Both the position numbers and the translations under genes were made by a program. Positions 1 through 10,234 of a stretch of 64,000 bases of DNA are shown one piece after another (the stretch's first letter is position 1; each line of letters opens with the position of its first letter). Below the pieces are notes generated by a model. It ran no database searches. It saw only the letters and a program-made list of their open reading frames with translations, and was not told where the DNA came from. Source of the DNA: Beijerinckiaceae bacterium (GTDB lineage Bacteria > Pseudomonadota > Alphaproteobacteria > Rhizobiales > Beijerinckiaceae); the NCBI GenBank assembly GCA_025459195.1, contig JALORF010000001.1, positions 894-64,893 on the forward strand, given 5' to 3'.

Positions 1-59
1 TGCCGTGTGCTTGAAGTGCTTGGCGACCACAGCTTGTGCGAGGCTGACCACAAAAGCGC

Positions 60-90
60 TTGACCCTGTAGTCGCTACAGGGTGTACAAC
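60..90 (+). promoter_or_regulatory. MerR-family (CadR/PbrR-type) promoter-operator
   Basis: TTGACC (60-65), 19-bp spacer, TACAAC (85-90); dyad CCCTGTAG-TCG-CTACAGGG at 64-82. The long spacer with an internal dyad is the MerR-promoter hallmark. Confidence 0.8.
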
Positions 91-130
91 GCGTCCAACA
101 CGAGTCGGAGAGCTTGGCGTGGCAGGCAAG

Positions 131-517
131 ATGGACGTTTGCGGAACGAATGCTCAGGCTGTAACGGTCGCTCCGGCCGGGTGCCATGCGCTGGGGATCG
201 CGCCAACGGTCATCGTCGGCATGTTCTTGATCGGGTTGATCGGCGGGTGCAAGTCGAGCTCGGTCACACTGCAAGCCGATGCGCTCGATTTTCCGGGAGA
301 CATCGCCAACAATGCCATTGCCTTGATCGCCGCGGACGACGGGCTCCCGCTGCTCGCGGTAGCGGCCTGTTTCACAAGCGTTGGAACATTCCTCGGCTTT
401 CCAGTCGTGTTGCTGATTGTCGACCACTCCGCCATCGTGCGTGAGGCGCAATACCTCAACCGACGGTTCCGCGCACCTTGCAACGATTATAAACAGAAGG
501 TGCAACGATGGCTGTGA
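131..517 (+). pseudogene. Degenerate, truncated CDF (CzcD-like) cation transporter
   Basis: GMFLIGLIGG..SSVTLQADALDFPGDIANNAIAL matches the CDF TM1-TM2 pattern (S.sLqADALDFlGDaaNY) with non-conservative changes; the C-terminal half is missing. Confidence 0.65.
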
Positions 518-948
518 CCGGGCATACATTGCCAAGGGGTCCTGTTTCGGGCATCACGCGATTTGTGTCGCTGCCGGATCTCCTTCATGCGTTGCTGCGC
601 CGGTGCGCTGTGCTGGTAATGTTACTTGCCACCTTAGCGCTAGCACCCGCAGCAATTGCTGGTTCGTTGGAAGCTGGAGCGGATTTGGCAAAAATTGCTG
701 CCGCTAGCTATGCGATCGATGCCGACGGTTGTGTCACCGAAGCAAGCTCCGCGTCTGCCGACACGCAACCGGCAAACCCTGAACATTGCCCTGCCTGTTG
801 TCTGCACCATCATGGCCCCATTGGTCAGATGGCCAACGCCCACGCCGTCGATGCTCTCCGGCTGACCCGATCGGCTTGGCACAGCTGGGAACCATCCGGG
901 CCGGCCGAAACCGCCCTGCCGCGTTTGATACGGCCGCCTCGAGTCTGA
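508..948 (+). CDS. CzcI/DUF2946-like Cys/His-rich leader protein (true start may be 565 or 619)
   Basis: Hydrophobic signal-like segment, HCPACCLHHH motif, Pro-rich C-terminus LPRLIRPPRV; 60 bp upstream of the TolC-like gene. Confidence 0.65.
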   Translation: MAVTGHTLPRGPVSGITRFVSLPDLLHALLRRCAVLVMLLATLALAPAAIAGSLEAGADLAKIAAASYAIDADGCVTEASSASADTQPANPEHCPACCLHHHGPIGQMANAHAVDALRLTRSAWHSWEPSGPAETALPRLIRPPRV

Positions 949-1008
949 CTGCCCGCCGCTTCGCCTCCGCGCGAAGCCTTGGTGCAGTTACACTGACGAG
1001 GTTTTTCC

Positions 1009-2277
1009 ATGTTGTTTTCCAGGCTGGGGCCCTTCGGGTCTGCCCGCGCAAGTGCCGTTGCGCTCGCTACCATTTTATCGTCGCCGGCCCTGTCTGCGCC
1101 GATGTTGACGCTCGATGATGCCGTTCTTGCCGCAGGCGGAACAGCACCTGCCAATGCTGCGGCGGCTGCCGGTGTTGAAGCCGCCGCAGCCGGGCGCACT
1201 GTCGCCGGTCTTCGCCCGAATCCTGTTTTTCAGGGACAGATAGAGAATATCATCGGCTCTGGCCCGTTCCGCGGGTTGCAGAGCGCTGAGACGACATTCG
1301 GGGTCGCCGTGCCGATAGAACTTGGCGGCAAGCGTGGCGCGCGGGTCGCTGTCGCAGGCGCGCAACTATCACGGGCACAGCTTCAGGCGGTGATCGCAGC
1401 GGCCGATGTGCGATTGGAGATCACACAGCTCTATGTCGAAGCCGTCGCTGCCGACCGCCGGCTTTTGACGGCCCGCGATCAGGCGCGGATCGCGGCCGAC
1501 GCGTTGCGCGGCGCCGGCGTGCGGGTCCGGGCAGGTCGGGCGTCGCCGTTGGAAGAGCAGCGGGCAGAGGTCGCGCGCATCAACGCCGATGCAAACGTCG
1601 AACGGCTGACGCATCTGGCAAAAGCCACGCGCACGAATTTGGCGCGGCGCATTGGACGGGAAGTCGATGGCCCGCTGGATGCGGGTTTTCTTGACCGGTT
1701 GCCGGCTGCGACATTCGGGCCAACCCAGCCGACGCCACTGGCAGGAACGCTCGCGCTGGCGGCGGCCGATGCCGATCTGGCGATCGCAGACGCAGGTATC
1801 CGGCTGGCCCGGGCCAACCGGGTGCCCGACCTCAATATCGGGCCGGCTGTGCGCCGTCTGGAAGCGACCAAGGACACCGCTGCCGTATTCGCCATCTCCA
1901 TTCCGATCCCGGTATTCAGCAACGGTCGGGCTGCGATTGCTCAGGCCAGCGCCGAGCGAAACCGGGTGGCAGCGGTACGACGTGTTACGGCGCTCGATGT
2001 CGGGCAGGCAATCACCAACGCAGAGGTCGCAGCGGCGAATGCTGCAATTTCGGCACGCGCCGCAGCCGGTCCGGCGCTCGCCGCGGCACAGGAAGCCGCA
2101 CGGATCGCGCGGATTGGCTATCGGGAAGGCAAATTCAGCCAGCTCGAGCTGCTTGATGCCGAACGGACGCTCGCCGAGACCCGCGTTGCCGCAATCGACG
2201 CTCTCGCAAACTATCAAATTGCCCGCGCCCGCTTCGAGCGGCTCAAAGCGCCGGCGCCTGACAAGCAGGGAAGTTAA
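1009..2277 (+). CDS. czcC: Outer-membrane factor of heavy-metal RND system 1
   Basis: Signal peptide, OEP repeats, C-terminal GYREGKFSQLELLDAERTL; first gene of a C-B-A triad. Confidence 0.9.
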   Translation: MLFSRLGPFGSARASAVALATILSSPALSAPMLTLDDAVLAAGGTAPANAAAAAGVEAAAAGRTVAGLRPNPVFQGQIENIIGSGPFRGLQSAETTFGVAVPIELGGKRGARVAVAGAQLSRAQLQAVIAAADVRLEITQLYVEAVAADRRLLTARDQARIAADALRGAGVRVRAGRASPLEEQRAEVARINADANVERLTHLAKATRTNLARRIGREVDGPLDAGFLDRLPAATFGPTQPTPLAGTLALAAADADLAIADAGIRLARANRVPDLNIGPAVRRLEATKDTAAVFAISIPIPVFSNGRAAIAQASAERNRVAAVRRVTALDVGQAITNAEVAAANAAISARAAAGPALAAAQEAARIARIGYREGKFSQLELLDAERTLAETRVAAIDALANYQIARARFERLKAPAPDKQGS

Positions 2278-2281
2278 AGCG

Positions 2282-3439
2282 ATGCCGATACTTAAGCCGC
2301 CGATGATGCTGCCACTTGCGCTTGCCCTTGTCCTCGCTGCCTGCGGTGGGTCGGGTGACACCGCCACCAATGTGGACAGCACCGTGCCGACAGCCGGCGA
2401 CAATCATTCCGACAACGGCAAAATCGTCCTCAGCGCCGATCAAATTGCTGCAGCAGGAATCCAGCTCGGGCGCCCGACGCTTGGCGGAGGTGGCACGATC
2501 GAACTGCCAGCGACCATCGAGGGCGATCCCCAAGGGACTCAGGTCGTTTCTGCAGCGATCGGCGGGCGTGTTGTGGCGCTCACGCGCAACCTCGGGCAAT
2601 CGGTCAGCCGGGGCCAGATCATCGCCGTAATCGAAAGCCGCGAAGCAGCGCAACTCCAGGGTGAGGTCGAAGCATCGCGTGCCCGGCTTGCGCTGGCCAA
2701 CTCCAACCTGGCGCGTGAGCAGCGGCTGTTTGCCGAGCGCGTCTCGGCCGAACAGGATCTGATCGCGGCACGCACGGCGGCAATCGAAGCCGGTATCGCG
2801 TATCAACAGGCGCAAAGCCAGGTTGCGGCGGCAGGCGGCGGCGGCGGCGGTCTGAACCGGCTCGGTATCGCTGCGCCGATTGCGGGCCAGATCATCGCGA
2901 GGCCGGTCACGCTCGGGCAGACGGTTGCGGCCGATGCCGAACTCTATCGTATCGCCAACCTCGGTCGCGTTTCACTGGCACTCAGCCTTCGGCCGCAGGA
3001 CGCCGGACGGGTCCGACCGGGCAACATCGTGACGGTGACGGCGCCGGGGCGGCGAGGAAGCGCGCGCGTCAGCTATGTGTCACCGGCGCTCGATCAGCAG
3101 ACTCGGCAAGTCCCCGTGATCGCGGCGCTCGACAACCGCAGCGGTATCTGGCGGGTCGGCGAGCCCGTGACTGCTTCAGTTCAGCTCAGCAGTATCGGCA
3201 GGGCCGACAAAGCCGCCGTGCTCGTGCCGACAACTGCAATCCAGACGATTGATGGCAAACCGGTAGTCTTCGTGCGCACGCCGACAGGCTTTCAACTGAC
3301 CCCGGTCACGCTTGGCGATGCCGCTGGCGCAACCATCATAGTTCGCTCGGGCCTGACCGGCCGCGAGCAGATCGCCACCATTGGCAGCTTCATCCTCAAA
3401 GCCGAGCTCGGCAAGGGTGAAGCGGCGCACGAGGATTGA
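2282..3439 (+). CDS. czcB: RND periplasmic adaptor (MFP), lipoprotein
   Basis: Lipobox LAACG, lipoyl/hairpin MFP pattern (IAAPIAGQI), C-terminus LKAELGKGEAAHED; ATG at 2282 inside ORF 1652..3439. Confidence 0.9.
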   Translation: MPILKPPMMLPLALALVLAACGGSGDTATNVDSTVPTAGDNHSDNGKIVLSADQIAAAGIQLGRPTLGGGGTIELPATIEGDPQGTQVVSAAIGGRVVALTRNLGQSVSRGQIIAVIESREAAQLQGEVEASRARLALANSNLAREQRLFAERVSAEQDLIAARTAAIEAGIAYQQAQSQVAAAGGGGGGLNRLGIAAPIAGQIIARPVTLGQTVAADAELYRIANLGRVSLALSLRPQDAGRVRPGNIVTVTAPGRRGSARVSYVSPALDQQTRQVPVIAALDNRSGIWRVGEPVTASVQLSSIGRADKAAVLVPTTAIQTIDGKPVVFVRTPTGFQLTPVTLGDAAGATIIVRSGLTGREQIATIGSFILKAELGKGEAAHED

Positions 3440-3443
3440 TGCC

Positions 3444-6400
3444 ATGATCGCTAGCATCGTTGTTTGGGCTGTCGAGAAGCGCTGGCTTGTTCTGCTGCTT
3501 ACCGCCATCGCCGCCGTCATTGGCGCATTTTCGCTTTCTCGGCTGCCGATCGACGCGGTGCCCGACATCACCAACAATCAGGTACAGATCAACGTCCGCG
3601 CGTCGGCGCTGTCGCCGGAATTGGTTGAAAAACAGGTGTCGTTCCCGATCGAAACCGCGCTCGCCGGCATTCCCGGCCTCGAATACACCCGCTCCCTTAG
3701 CCGCAACGGGTTTGCGCAAATAACGGCTGTTTTCGATGACTCGTCCGATATCTATTTCGCCCGCCAGCAGGTCGGCGAGCGCTTGCAAGGCGTCGCCGAC
3801 AGCCTTCCCGATGGGGTGTCCCCCGAGATGGGGCCGATCGCCACGGGGTTGGGCGAGGTCTATATGTGGACTGTGCGGCTCGATCACCGCGAAGATGACC
3901 GGCATCGTCCAGGCGAACCGGGACAACAGCCCGACGGCAGCTATATCACGCCCGAAGGCGAGCGACTAACCAGCGAGCAGGACAAGGCCACCTATCTTCG
4001 CACGGCGCAGGACTGGATCGTCACACCGCTGCTGAAAAACACGCCCGGTGTTGCCGGCGTCGATTCAATCGGCGGCTATTCCAAACAGTATCTGGTCATT
4101 CCCGACATACAGAAGCTGGCATCGCTCAAGATCACGCTTACCGAGCTTGGCACCGCGCTTGAGCGCAACAACACCAGTGTCGGAGGCGGCTTCGTCAATC
4201 GCAACGGTGAAGGGCTGGCGGTCCGGTCTGACGCGCTGGTGCGCAATGCCAGCGAGCTCGCTCGTACGGTGATCGCAACCCGACAAGGCGTGCCGATCAC
4301 GCTCGATCAGGTTGCAGCGGTGCAAAACGGGCAGGCAATCCGGATGGGCTCGGCGTCGGAAAATGGCAGCGAAGTGGTCGTTGGCACCGCAATCATGCGG
4401 ATCGGCCAGAACAGTCGCGACGTCGCCACTGCCGTTGCCAACCGGTTGGTAGAGATCAACGCGTCGTTGCCACCAGACGTGGTGGTGCAGCCAGTGCTTG
4501 ACCGCACTGCACTGGTCAATTCGACGATCCAGACGGTTGCAAAGAACCTGACCGAAGGTGCGCTCCTCGTCATCGTCGTCCTGTTCCTGTTGCTCGGCAA
4601 CTTCCGCGCTGCGCTGATCGCGGCCGCCGTCATCCCGATCACGATGATGGTCACCGGCTTCGGGATGCTGCGGTTGGGGGTATCGGCAAACCTGATGAGC
4701 CTGGGCGCGCTGGACTTTGGGCTGATCGTCGATGGCGCCGTAATCATTGTAGAAAATGCGTTGCGACGCCTTGCCGAACAGCAGCACCGCGAGGGCCGGC
4801 TGTTGACGACGCAGGAGCGACTTGCTGCGGTTGCCACCGCGGCCCGCGAGATGATCCGGCCTTCGGTTTACGGGCAGGCGATCATCATCCTCGTCTATGT
4901 CCCCTTGCTCACCCTGTCGGGGGTAGAGGGCAAGACATTCGTGCCGATGGCGCTCACGGTCATCATCGCGCTGCTTTTCGCCTTCGTGCTGTCGCTGACC
5001 TTCGTGCCGGCTGCTGTCGCGATCTGGCTATCGACCAAGGTCGAGGAAAAGGACGGCCGGATCATTGCCTGGTTGAAGGCGCGCTACGAACCGGGACTCG
5101 CAGGAGCGATGAAACGGCCGACGCTGACCGTCGGGGCAAGCCTCGGCAGTCTTGTCGTTGCAGCCATTGCCTTCGTGACGCTTGGGCAGGTGTTTCTGCC
5201 GCAACTCGACGAGGGCGATCTGCTCATCCAGGCACTGCGCATCCCGGCTACGTCGGTTCAGCAAAGCCAGGCGATGCAGGTTCCGATTGAGAAGATGGTG
5301 GCAAAACAGCCTGAGGTGCGGTTCGTGTTTTCAAAGACAGGGACCGCCGAACTGGCTTCGGACCCGATGCCGCCCAATGCGACGGATATGTTCGTCATCC
5401 TCAAGCCGCGCAATCAATGGCCTGATCCCCGGCTCGACAAGGCCGCGCTCATCGAGCGGCTCGAAACAAGGCTGCAGCAATTTCCTGGCAATGCCTACGA
5501 AATAACCCAGCCGATCCAGATGCGCTTCAACGAACTGATAGCCGGGGTGCGCGGTGACGTCGCAGTGAAAGTGTTCGGTGACGATTTCGCCGGCATGAAC
5601 CGCACGGCCGAGCAGATTGCCGCGATCTTGCGCCGCACCCAAGGGGCGGTCGACGTCAAAGTCGAACAGACGACGGGGCTTCCCATGCTCGACATCCGCG
5701 TAAATCGTGACTCAATGGCACGTGTGGGCGTCACCGCGCAGGATGTGCAGGACACCGTTACCGCAACGCTCGGCGGGCGCATATCGGGCGTGATTTTCGA
5801 AGGCGACCGACGCTTTCCCGTCGTCATCCGCTTGTCAGAAGCCGAGCGCGCCGACCTCGGGCTGCTGCAGCAGGTGCAGGTGCCGGTTGCTGGTGGCGGC
5901 TATGTGCCGCTGTCGAGCATCGCCTATATCGGCGTCGTCGATGGACCGAACCAGATCAGCCGCGAGAACGGCAAGCGCCGCGTCGTCGTCCAGGCGAATG
6001 TGCGCGGGCGCGATGTCGGCAGTGTCGTGGCAGACGCACAGGCTGCGATTGCAAAAGACGTTCGGTTGCCGGCCGGAACCTATCTCCAATGGGGCGGCCA
6101 GTTCGAAAACCTCGCATCTGCAACCGAGAGGCTGCAGCTCGTGATTCCGGCTTGCTTCATTCTGATCCTGCTGTTGCTTTATGGCGCCCTAGGGTCAGTT
6201 CGGGATGCTGCAATTGTTTTCACCGGCGTCCCATTTGCGCTAGTGGGCGGGGTGCTGCTGTTGTTCGGTCGCGGCATGGATTTCTCGGTCTCGGCCGCGG
6301 TGGGCTTCATCGCGCTCTCGGGCATCGCTGTACTGAATGGCCTAGTCATGGTCAGTTCAGTGCAGGACCTGATCCGTTCAGGCATGAACCGCGCCGAGGC

Positions 6401-6674
6401 AGCGCATACCGGCGCCGTCCAGCGGCTGCGCCCGGTTGTAATGACCGCGCTTGTCGCCAGTCTGGGGTTCGTGCCGATGGCATTTGCCAGCGGTGCCGGT
6501 GCGGAAGTGCAAAAGCCGCTGGCCACTGTGGTTATCGGCGGACTGATTTCGGCGACGCTGCTCACGCTGTTTGTGCTGCCGACGCTCTACGCCCGCTTTG
6601 GCCAGAAAAGCATCGCTCCGGGCGGGCCTTCGACCGAGACGATAAATGGCGATGTTCTGGGAGTGCCGGCATGA
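3444..6674 (+). CDS. czcA: Heavy-metal efflux RND permease (CzcA/CusA family)
   Basis: [52 protein letters not shown]; about 1076 aa. Confidence 0.95.
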   Translation: MIASIVVWAVEKRWLVLLLTAIAAVIGAFSLSRLPIDAVPDITNNQVQINVRASALSPELVEKQVSFPIETALAGIPGLEYTRSLSRNGFAQITAVFDDSSDIYFARQQVGERLQGVADSLPDGVSPEMGPIATGLGEVYMWTVRLDHREDDRHRPGEPGQQPDGSYITPEGERLTSEQDKATYLRTAQDWIVTPLLKNTPGVAGVDSIGGYSKQYLVIPDIQKLASLKITLTELGTALERNNTSVGGGFVNRNGEGLAVRSDALVRNASELARTVIATRQGVPITLDQVAAVQNGQAIRMGSASENGSEVVVGTAIMRIGQNSRDVATAVANRLVEINASLPPDVVVQPVLDRTALVNSTIQTVAKNLTEGALLVIVVLFLLLGNFRAALIAAAVIPITMMVTGFGMLRLGVSANLMSLGALDFGLIVDGAVIIVENALRRLAEQQHREGRLLTTQERLAAVATAAREMIRPSVYGQAIIILVYVPLLTLSGVEGKTFVPMALTVIIALLFAFVLSLTFVPAAVAIWLSTKVEEKDGRIIAWLKARYEPGLAGAMKRPTLTVGASLGSLVVAAIAFVTLGQVFLPQLDEGDLLIQALRIPATSVQQSQAMQVPIEKMVAKQPEVRFVFSKTGTAELASDPMPPNATDMFVILKPRNQWPDPRLDKAALIERLETRLQQFPGNAYEITQPIQMRFNELIAGVRGDVAVKVFGDDFAGMNRTAEQIAAILRRTQGAVDVKVEQTTGLPMLDIRVNRDSMARVGVTAQDVQDTVTATLGGRISGVIFEGDRRFPVVIRLSEAERADLGLLQQVQVPVAGGGYVPLSSIAYIGVVDGPNQISRENGKRRVVVQANVRGRDVGSVVADAQAAIAKDVRLPAGTYLQWGGQFENLASATERLQLVIPACFILILLLLYGALGSVRDAAIVFTGVPFALVGGVLLLFGRGMDFSVSAAVGFIALSGIAVLNGLVMVSSVQDLIRSGMNRAEAAHTGAVQRLRPVVMTALVASLGFVPMAFASGAGAEVQKPLATVVIGGLISATLLTLFVLPTLYARFGQKSIAPGGPSTETINGDVLGVPA

Positions 6675-7279
6675 ATGACCTGTCTGCAAGCAACGCGCTG
6701 AGAGAACGGCGTACACTCTGGACCGTGCTGGTGCTCAACGCAGCGCTTGCCGTAGGTTTTTTTGTATCGGGATGGAGCGCAGACTCAAGCGCGCTGATTG
6801 CCAACGGCGTCGACAATTTGTCGGATACCGCAGTCTATGGATTGAGCATCGTCGCAATGACCCGCGGAAACCATTGGAAAACCCGTGCGGCGATGGCATC
6901 GGGCGGAATGCTGCTGATTCTTGCAGTCGGCATCTTGTTCGATGTCGGACGGCGCTACATTGAAGGCAGTGAGCCGATCGGGCCGGCAATGATGATAATG
7001 GCGACAATTGCCGGCATCGTGAACTACATCTGCCTGCGGCTGCTTCGGCGCCTGGAACAACCCGACATTAACCTTCGCGCTGCCACGACCTTCAGTTACA
7101 ATGATTTCATTTCAAACGGCGGCATCCTGGTTGCCGGAGTGCTGGTGCTATGGTTGGGCAACAACTGGCCCGACCTCGTGACCGGCCTTGCGACCGCCAT
7201 CATCGCGATCAAAGGTGGTATCGAAATCCTTCGTGATGCGCGCGCCGAAATGAGGAATGACACGGACAAAGCATTATGA
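6671..7279 (+). CDS. CDF-family cation transporter (short form, no cytoplasmic C-terminal domain)
   Basis: SSALIANGVDNLSDTAVY and SYNDFISNGGILVAG, multiple TM helices; ATGA overlap with the czcA stop. Confidence 0.85.
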   Translation: MNDLSASNALRERRTLWTVLVLNAALAVGFFVSGWSADSSALIANGVDNLSDTAVYGLSIVAMTRGNHWKTRAAMASGGMLLILAVGILFDVGRRYIEGSEPIGPAMMIMATIAGIVNYICLRLLRRLEQPDINLRAATTFSYNDFISNGGILVAGVLVLWLGNNWPDLVTGLATAIIAIKGGIEILRDARAEMRNDTDKAL

Positions 7280-7508
7280 CCGGCAGGCGCATCTACGGCG
7301 AGCAGCAACTGCACTCGTTCGCGCCACTGCCTGTGGTGCAGGGCACGGCACCTCTGCATGGGCCCAAAAAACGCAGCAATCACCCCCCCAGCGGACACAG
7401 CACTGCGCCGTAGTGTTGGCAATCCTCGAAGAACTGACAGCCATCAGTCGGCAAGTTTGCCGTCGTTGTCCCGCTTATGCAGGGCATGTAGGTGTCGATC
7501 ACGGTTGA

Positions 7509-7793
7509 TCAGGCCCCTGCCGTGTAGGGCAGTAATTTGATCAGTTCGGCAAGTTTGGCGTCAACATCGATCTCGTCATCAGCCATTGCCGCTGTCTTTA
7601 CACAATGGCTGATGTGGCCCTTCAACAGCTCAGTTTCAACGGCCGACAGGGCGGCGCGCGCCGCGCGAAGCTGGGTGATGATGTCAATGCAATAGCGGTC
7701 ATTTTCCACCATTGCCGCGACGCCACGCACCTGTCCCTCGATACGCTTGAGCCGTCGCTCCAGACCGGCCTTGTCAAACGTGTAGCTGTGCAT
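7509..7793 (-). CDS. csoR: CsoR/RcnR-family metal-sensing repressor (start could be 7808)
   Basis: RRLKRIEGQVRGVAAMVENDRYCIDIITQL...HISHCV, with the Cys-His-Cys fingerprint; divergent from the Cu-ATPase. Confidence 0.9.
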   Translation of the reverse strand: MHSYTFDKAGLERRLKRIEGQVRGVAAMVENDRYCIDIITQLRAARAALSAVETELLKGHISHCVKTAAMADDEIDVDAKLAELIKLLPYTAGA

Positions 7794-7816
7794 CAACGGC
7801 CTTTCCATTGTCGCCA

Positions 7817-7837
7817 AAATACCCCATATGGGTATTT
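7817..7837. promoter_or_regulatory. CsoR-type operator
   Basis: Perfect inverted repeat AAATACCC-CATAT-GGGTATTT between divergent csoR and the Cu-ATPase. Confidence 0.7.
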
Positions 7838-7862
7838 GCGATAGAGCGTAAGGGATAATGGC

Positions 7863-10196
7863 ATGTCAAGCGCGGCGCAATCTCATGGCGCGGTAGCCCC
7901 AGTGGAAGCCAGCAGCCGCGATCCGGTTTGCGGCATGTCGGTCGATCCGCATACCACCAAGCACCATGCCGACCATGCCGGCCGAACCTTCCATTTCTGT
8001 TCCGCCGGGTGTCGCACGAAGTTTGTTGCCGACCCGGTGAAATATCTCTCGCCCGCCGACGCGGCGGTCCCGCAGGTCCCGGCTGGGAGCATCTACACCT
8101 GCCCGATGCACCCCGAAATCCGTCAGGTTGGCCCTGGTTCCTGCCCGATATGCGGCATGGCGCTGGAACCGGATGTCGCGACCGCCGATGATGGACCAAA
8201 CCCTGAGCTCATCGATTTCACCCGGCGTTTCTGGGTCGGTCTGGCGCTGACGTTGCCGCTGCTGGCCCTCGAAATGGGCGGGCATCTTTTTGGTATCGAC
8301 AAGCTGGTTCCGCGCCAGATGTCGAACTGGCTGCAACTGCTGCTGGCGACGCCGGTCGTGCTGTGGTCGGGCTGGCCGTTCTTTGATCGTGGCTGGCGAT
8401 CGATAGTCAGCCAGAACCTCAACATGTTCACTCTGATCGCCATTGGTACCGGCGTGGCGTGGAGCTACAGCGTCGTCGCCACGGTCTTTCCCGACAATTT
8501 TCCGGCCGCATTCCGGCAGGCCGACGGCGCGGTCGCGGTATATTTCGAGCCCGCTGCCATCATCGTCGTGCTGGTGCTGCTCGGCCAACTGCTCGAGCTG
8601 CGGGCGAGGGCCGCAACGGGCGGTGCTATTCGCGCCCTGCTGGACCTGGCGCCCAAGACAGCGCGGCTCGTTGGCGACGATGGTTCAGATCGTGAGGTGG
8701 CGCTCGACACCATCGTTGCCGGCGACCGCATGCGGGTGCGACCGGGCGAAGCGGTTCCGGTCGATGGCGTTGTGGAAGACGGCCGCACCGCAATCGATGA
8801 ATCGATGGTGACCGGTGAATCGATGCCGGTGACCAAAGCGGTCGGCGCGCGGGTTTCGGCGGGCACAATCAACCAGACCGGCGCTATCATCATCCGCGCG
8901 GAGAAGGTTGGCAGTGACACCATGCTGGCGCGCATCGTCCAGATGGTCGCCGAGGCGCAGCGCTCGCGCGCGCCGATCCAGCGCCTCGCCGACCGGGTTT
9001 CGGGGCTGTTCGTTCCTGCCGTCATCGTCGTCGCCGCCATGGCCTTTGCCGTCTGGGCACTGATCGGCCCGGAACCGCGTCTGGCCTTTGCGACGGTCGC
9101 CGCGGTTACGGTGCTGATCATTGCCTGCCCGTGTGCGCTGGGACTGGCGACGCCGATGTCGATCATGGTTGGCGTCGGGCGCGGCGCCCAGGCCGGGGTG
9201 CTGGTCAAGAATGCCGAAGCGCTGGAGCGCATGGAGAAGGTCGATACGATCGTCGTCGACAAGACCGGCACGCTCACCGAAGGCAAGCCCGCCGTAGCCG
9301 CCATTGAACCGGTGGGCGACATGCCGGCCGACGACCTGCTGCAACTGGTCGCGGCTGTCGAGCGATCGAGCCAGCATCCGCTGGGCGCAGCGATCGTCGC
9401 GGCGGCCGAAGCAAAGGGGTTGGCGATCGGCGAGGTGACGGATTTCGATGCGCCGACCGGCAAGGGCGTCATCGGCACGGTTGCTGGCAAGCAGGTGGCC
9501 ATCGGCAAGCCAGCGTGGCTGGCCGAGCTTGGTGCCGATGTCACCGGTCTTGCCGACGCCGCCGACCGGCATCGGCGGGACGGGGCGACAGCGGTGCTGG
9601 TCGTCATCGACGGCAAGGCGGCAGGGGTCATCGCAGTTGCCGATCCGGTGAAGGCCTCGACCGCCGAGGCGCTGGCAGCGCTACGCACTGCCGGCGTCAA
9701 GGTCATCATGCTGACGGGCGACAACCGCGTGACGGCGGAGGCAATCGCGCGCCGTCTCGGGATCACGGAAATCGAGGCCGATGTGCTGCCGGACCAGAAG
9801 GCCGCGGTCGTCGCGCGGTTGAAGGCGGCTGGCGCGGTGGTGGCGATGGCCGGTGATGGTGTCAACGATGCGCCGGCGCTTGCTGCCGCCGATGTTGGCA
9901 TCGCCATGGGCACCGGCACTGATGTAGCGATCGAAAGCGCGGGGGTGACGCTGCTGAAGGGCGATCTGAACGGGATCGTGCGCGCCCGGCGGCTGAGCCA
10001 GGCGACGATGCGCAACATCCGGCAGAATCTCGTGCTGGCATTTGTTTACAACCTTGCCGGCGTACCGATCGCTGCGGGGGTGCTGTACCCGTCGTTCGGC
10101 ATCCTGCTTTCGCCTGCAATTGCTGCAGCCGCGATGGTACTGTCGTCGGTGAGTGTCGTCGGCAATGCGCTGCGCCTGCGGCGGGTAGCGCTCTGA
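7863..10196 (+). CDS. copA: Copper-translocating P1B-type ATPase with YHS and heavy-metal-binding domains
   Basis: DPVCGM..FCSAGC (YHS), [31 protein letters not shown] and MxxSS. Confidence 0.95.
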   Translation: MSSAAQSHGAVAPVEASSRDPVCGMSVDPHTTKHHADHAGRTFHFCSAGCRTKFVADPVKYLSPADAAVPQVPAGSIYTCPMHPEIRQVGPGSCPICGMALEPDVATADDGPNPELIDFTRRFWVGLALTLPLLALEMGGHLFGIDKLVPRQMSNWLQLLLATPVVLWSGWPFFDRGWRSIVSQNLNMFTLIAIGTGVAWSYSVVATVFPDNFPAAFRQADGAVAVYFEPAAIIVVLVLLGQLLELRARAATGGAIRALLDLAPKTARLVGDDGSDREVALDTIVAGDRMRVRPGEAVPVDGVVEDGRTAIDESMVTGESMPVTKAVGARVSAGTINQTGAIIIRAEKVGSDTMLARIVQMVAEAQRSRAPIQRLADRVSGLFVPAVIVVAAMAFAVWALIGPEPRLAFATVAAVTVLIIACPCALGLATPMSIMVGVGRGAQAGVLVKNAEALERMEKVDTIVVDKTGTLTEGKPAVAAIEPVGDMPADDLLQLVAAVERSSQHPLGAAIVAAAEAKGLAIGEVTDFDAPTGKGVIGTVAGKQVAIGKPAWLAELGADVTGLADAADRHRRDGATAVLVVIDGKAAGVIAVADPVKASTAEALAALRTAGVKVIMLTGDNRVTAEAIARRLGITEIEADVLPDQKAAVVARLKAAGAVVAMAGDGVNDAPALAAADVGIAMGTGTDVAIESAGVTLLKGDLNGIVRARRLSQATMRNIRQNLVLAFVYNLAGVPIAAGVLYPSFGILLSPAIAAAAMVLSSVSVVGNALRLRRVAL

Positions 10197-10234
10197 TCGG
10201 CAGCGGAACCAACGCGCGTTGGCGCGGTCGCGCG

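Noticed and set aside
1-59. Start of a divergent merR/cadR gene
   Set aside because: Expected from the operator, but no start codon or HTH sequence is visible within the window.
7276-7500. Short ORFs between the CDF gene and csoR
   Set aside because: No recognisable motif or consistent coding signal.
8465-10018. 517-aa minus-strand ORF, and similar long ORFs opposite czcA, metC, aap and trw genes
   Set aside because: Ser/Ala/Arg-rich antisense frames of well-supported genes.
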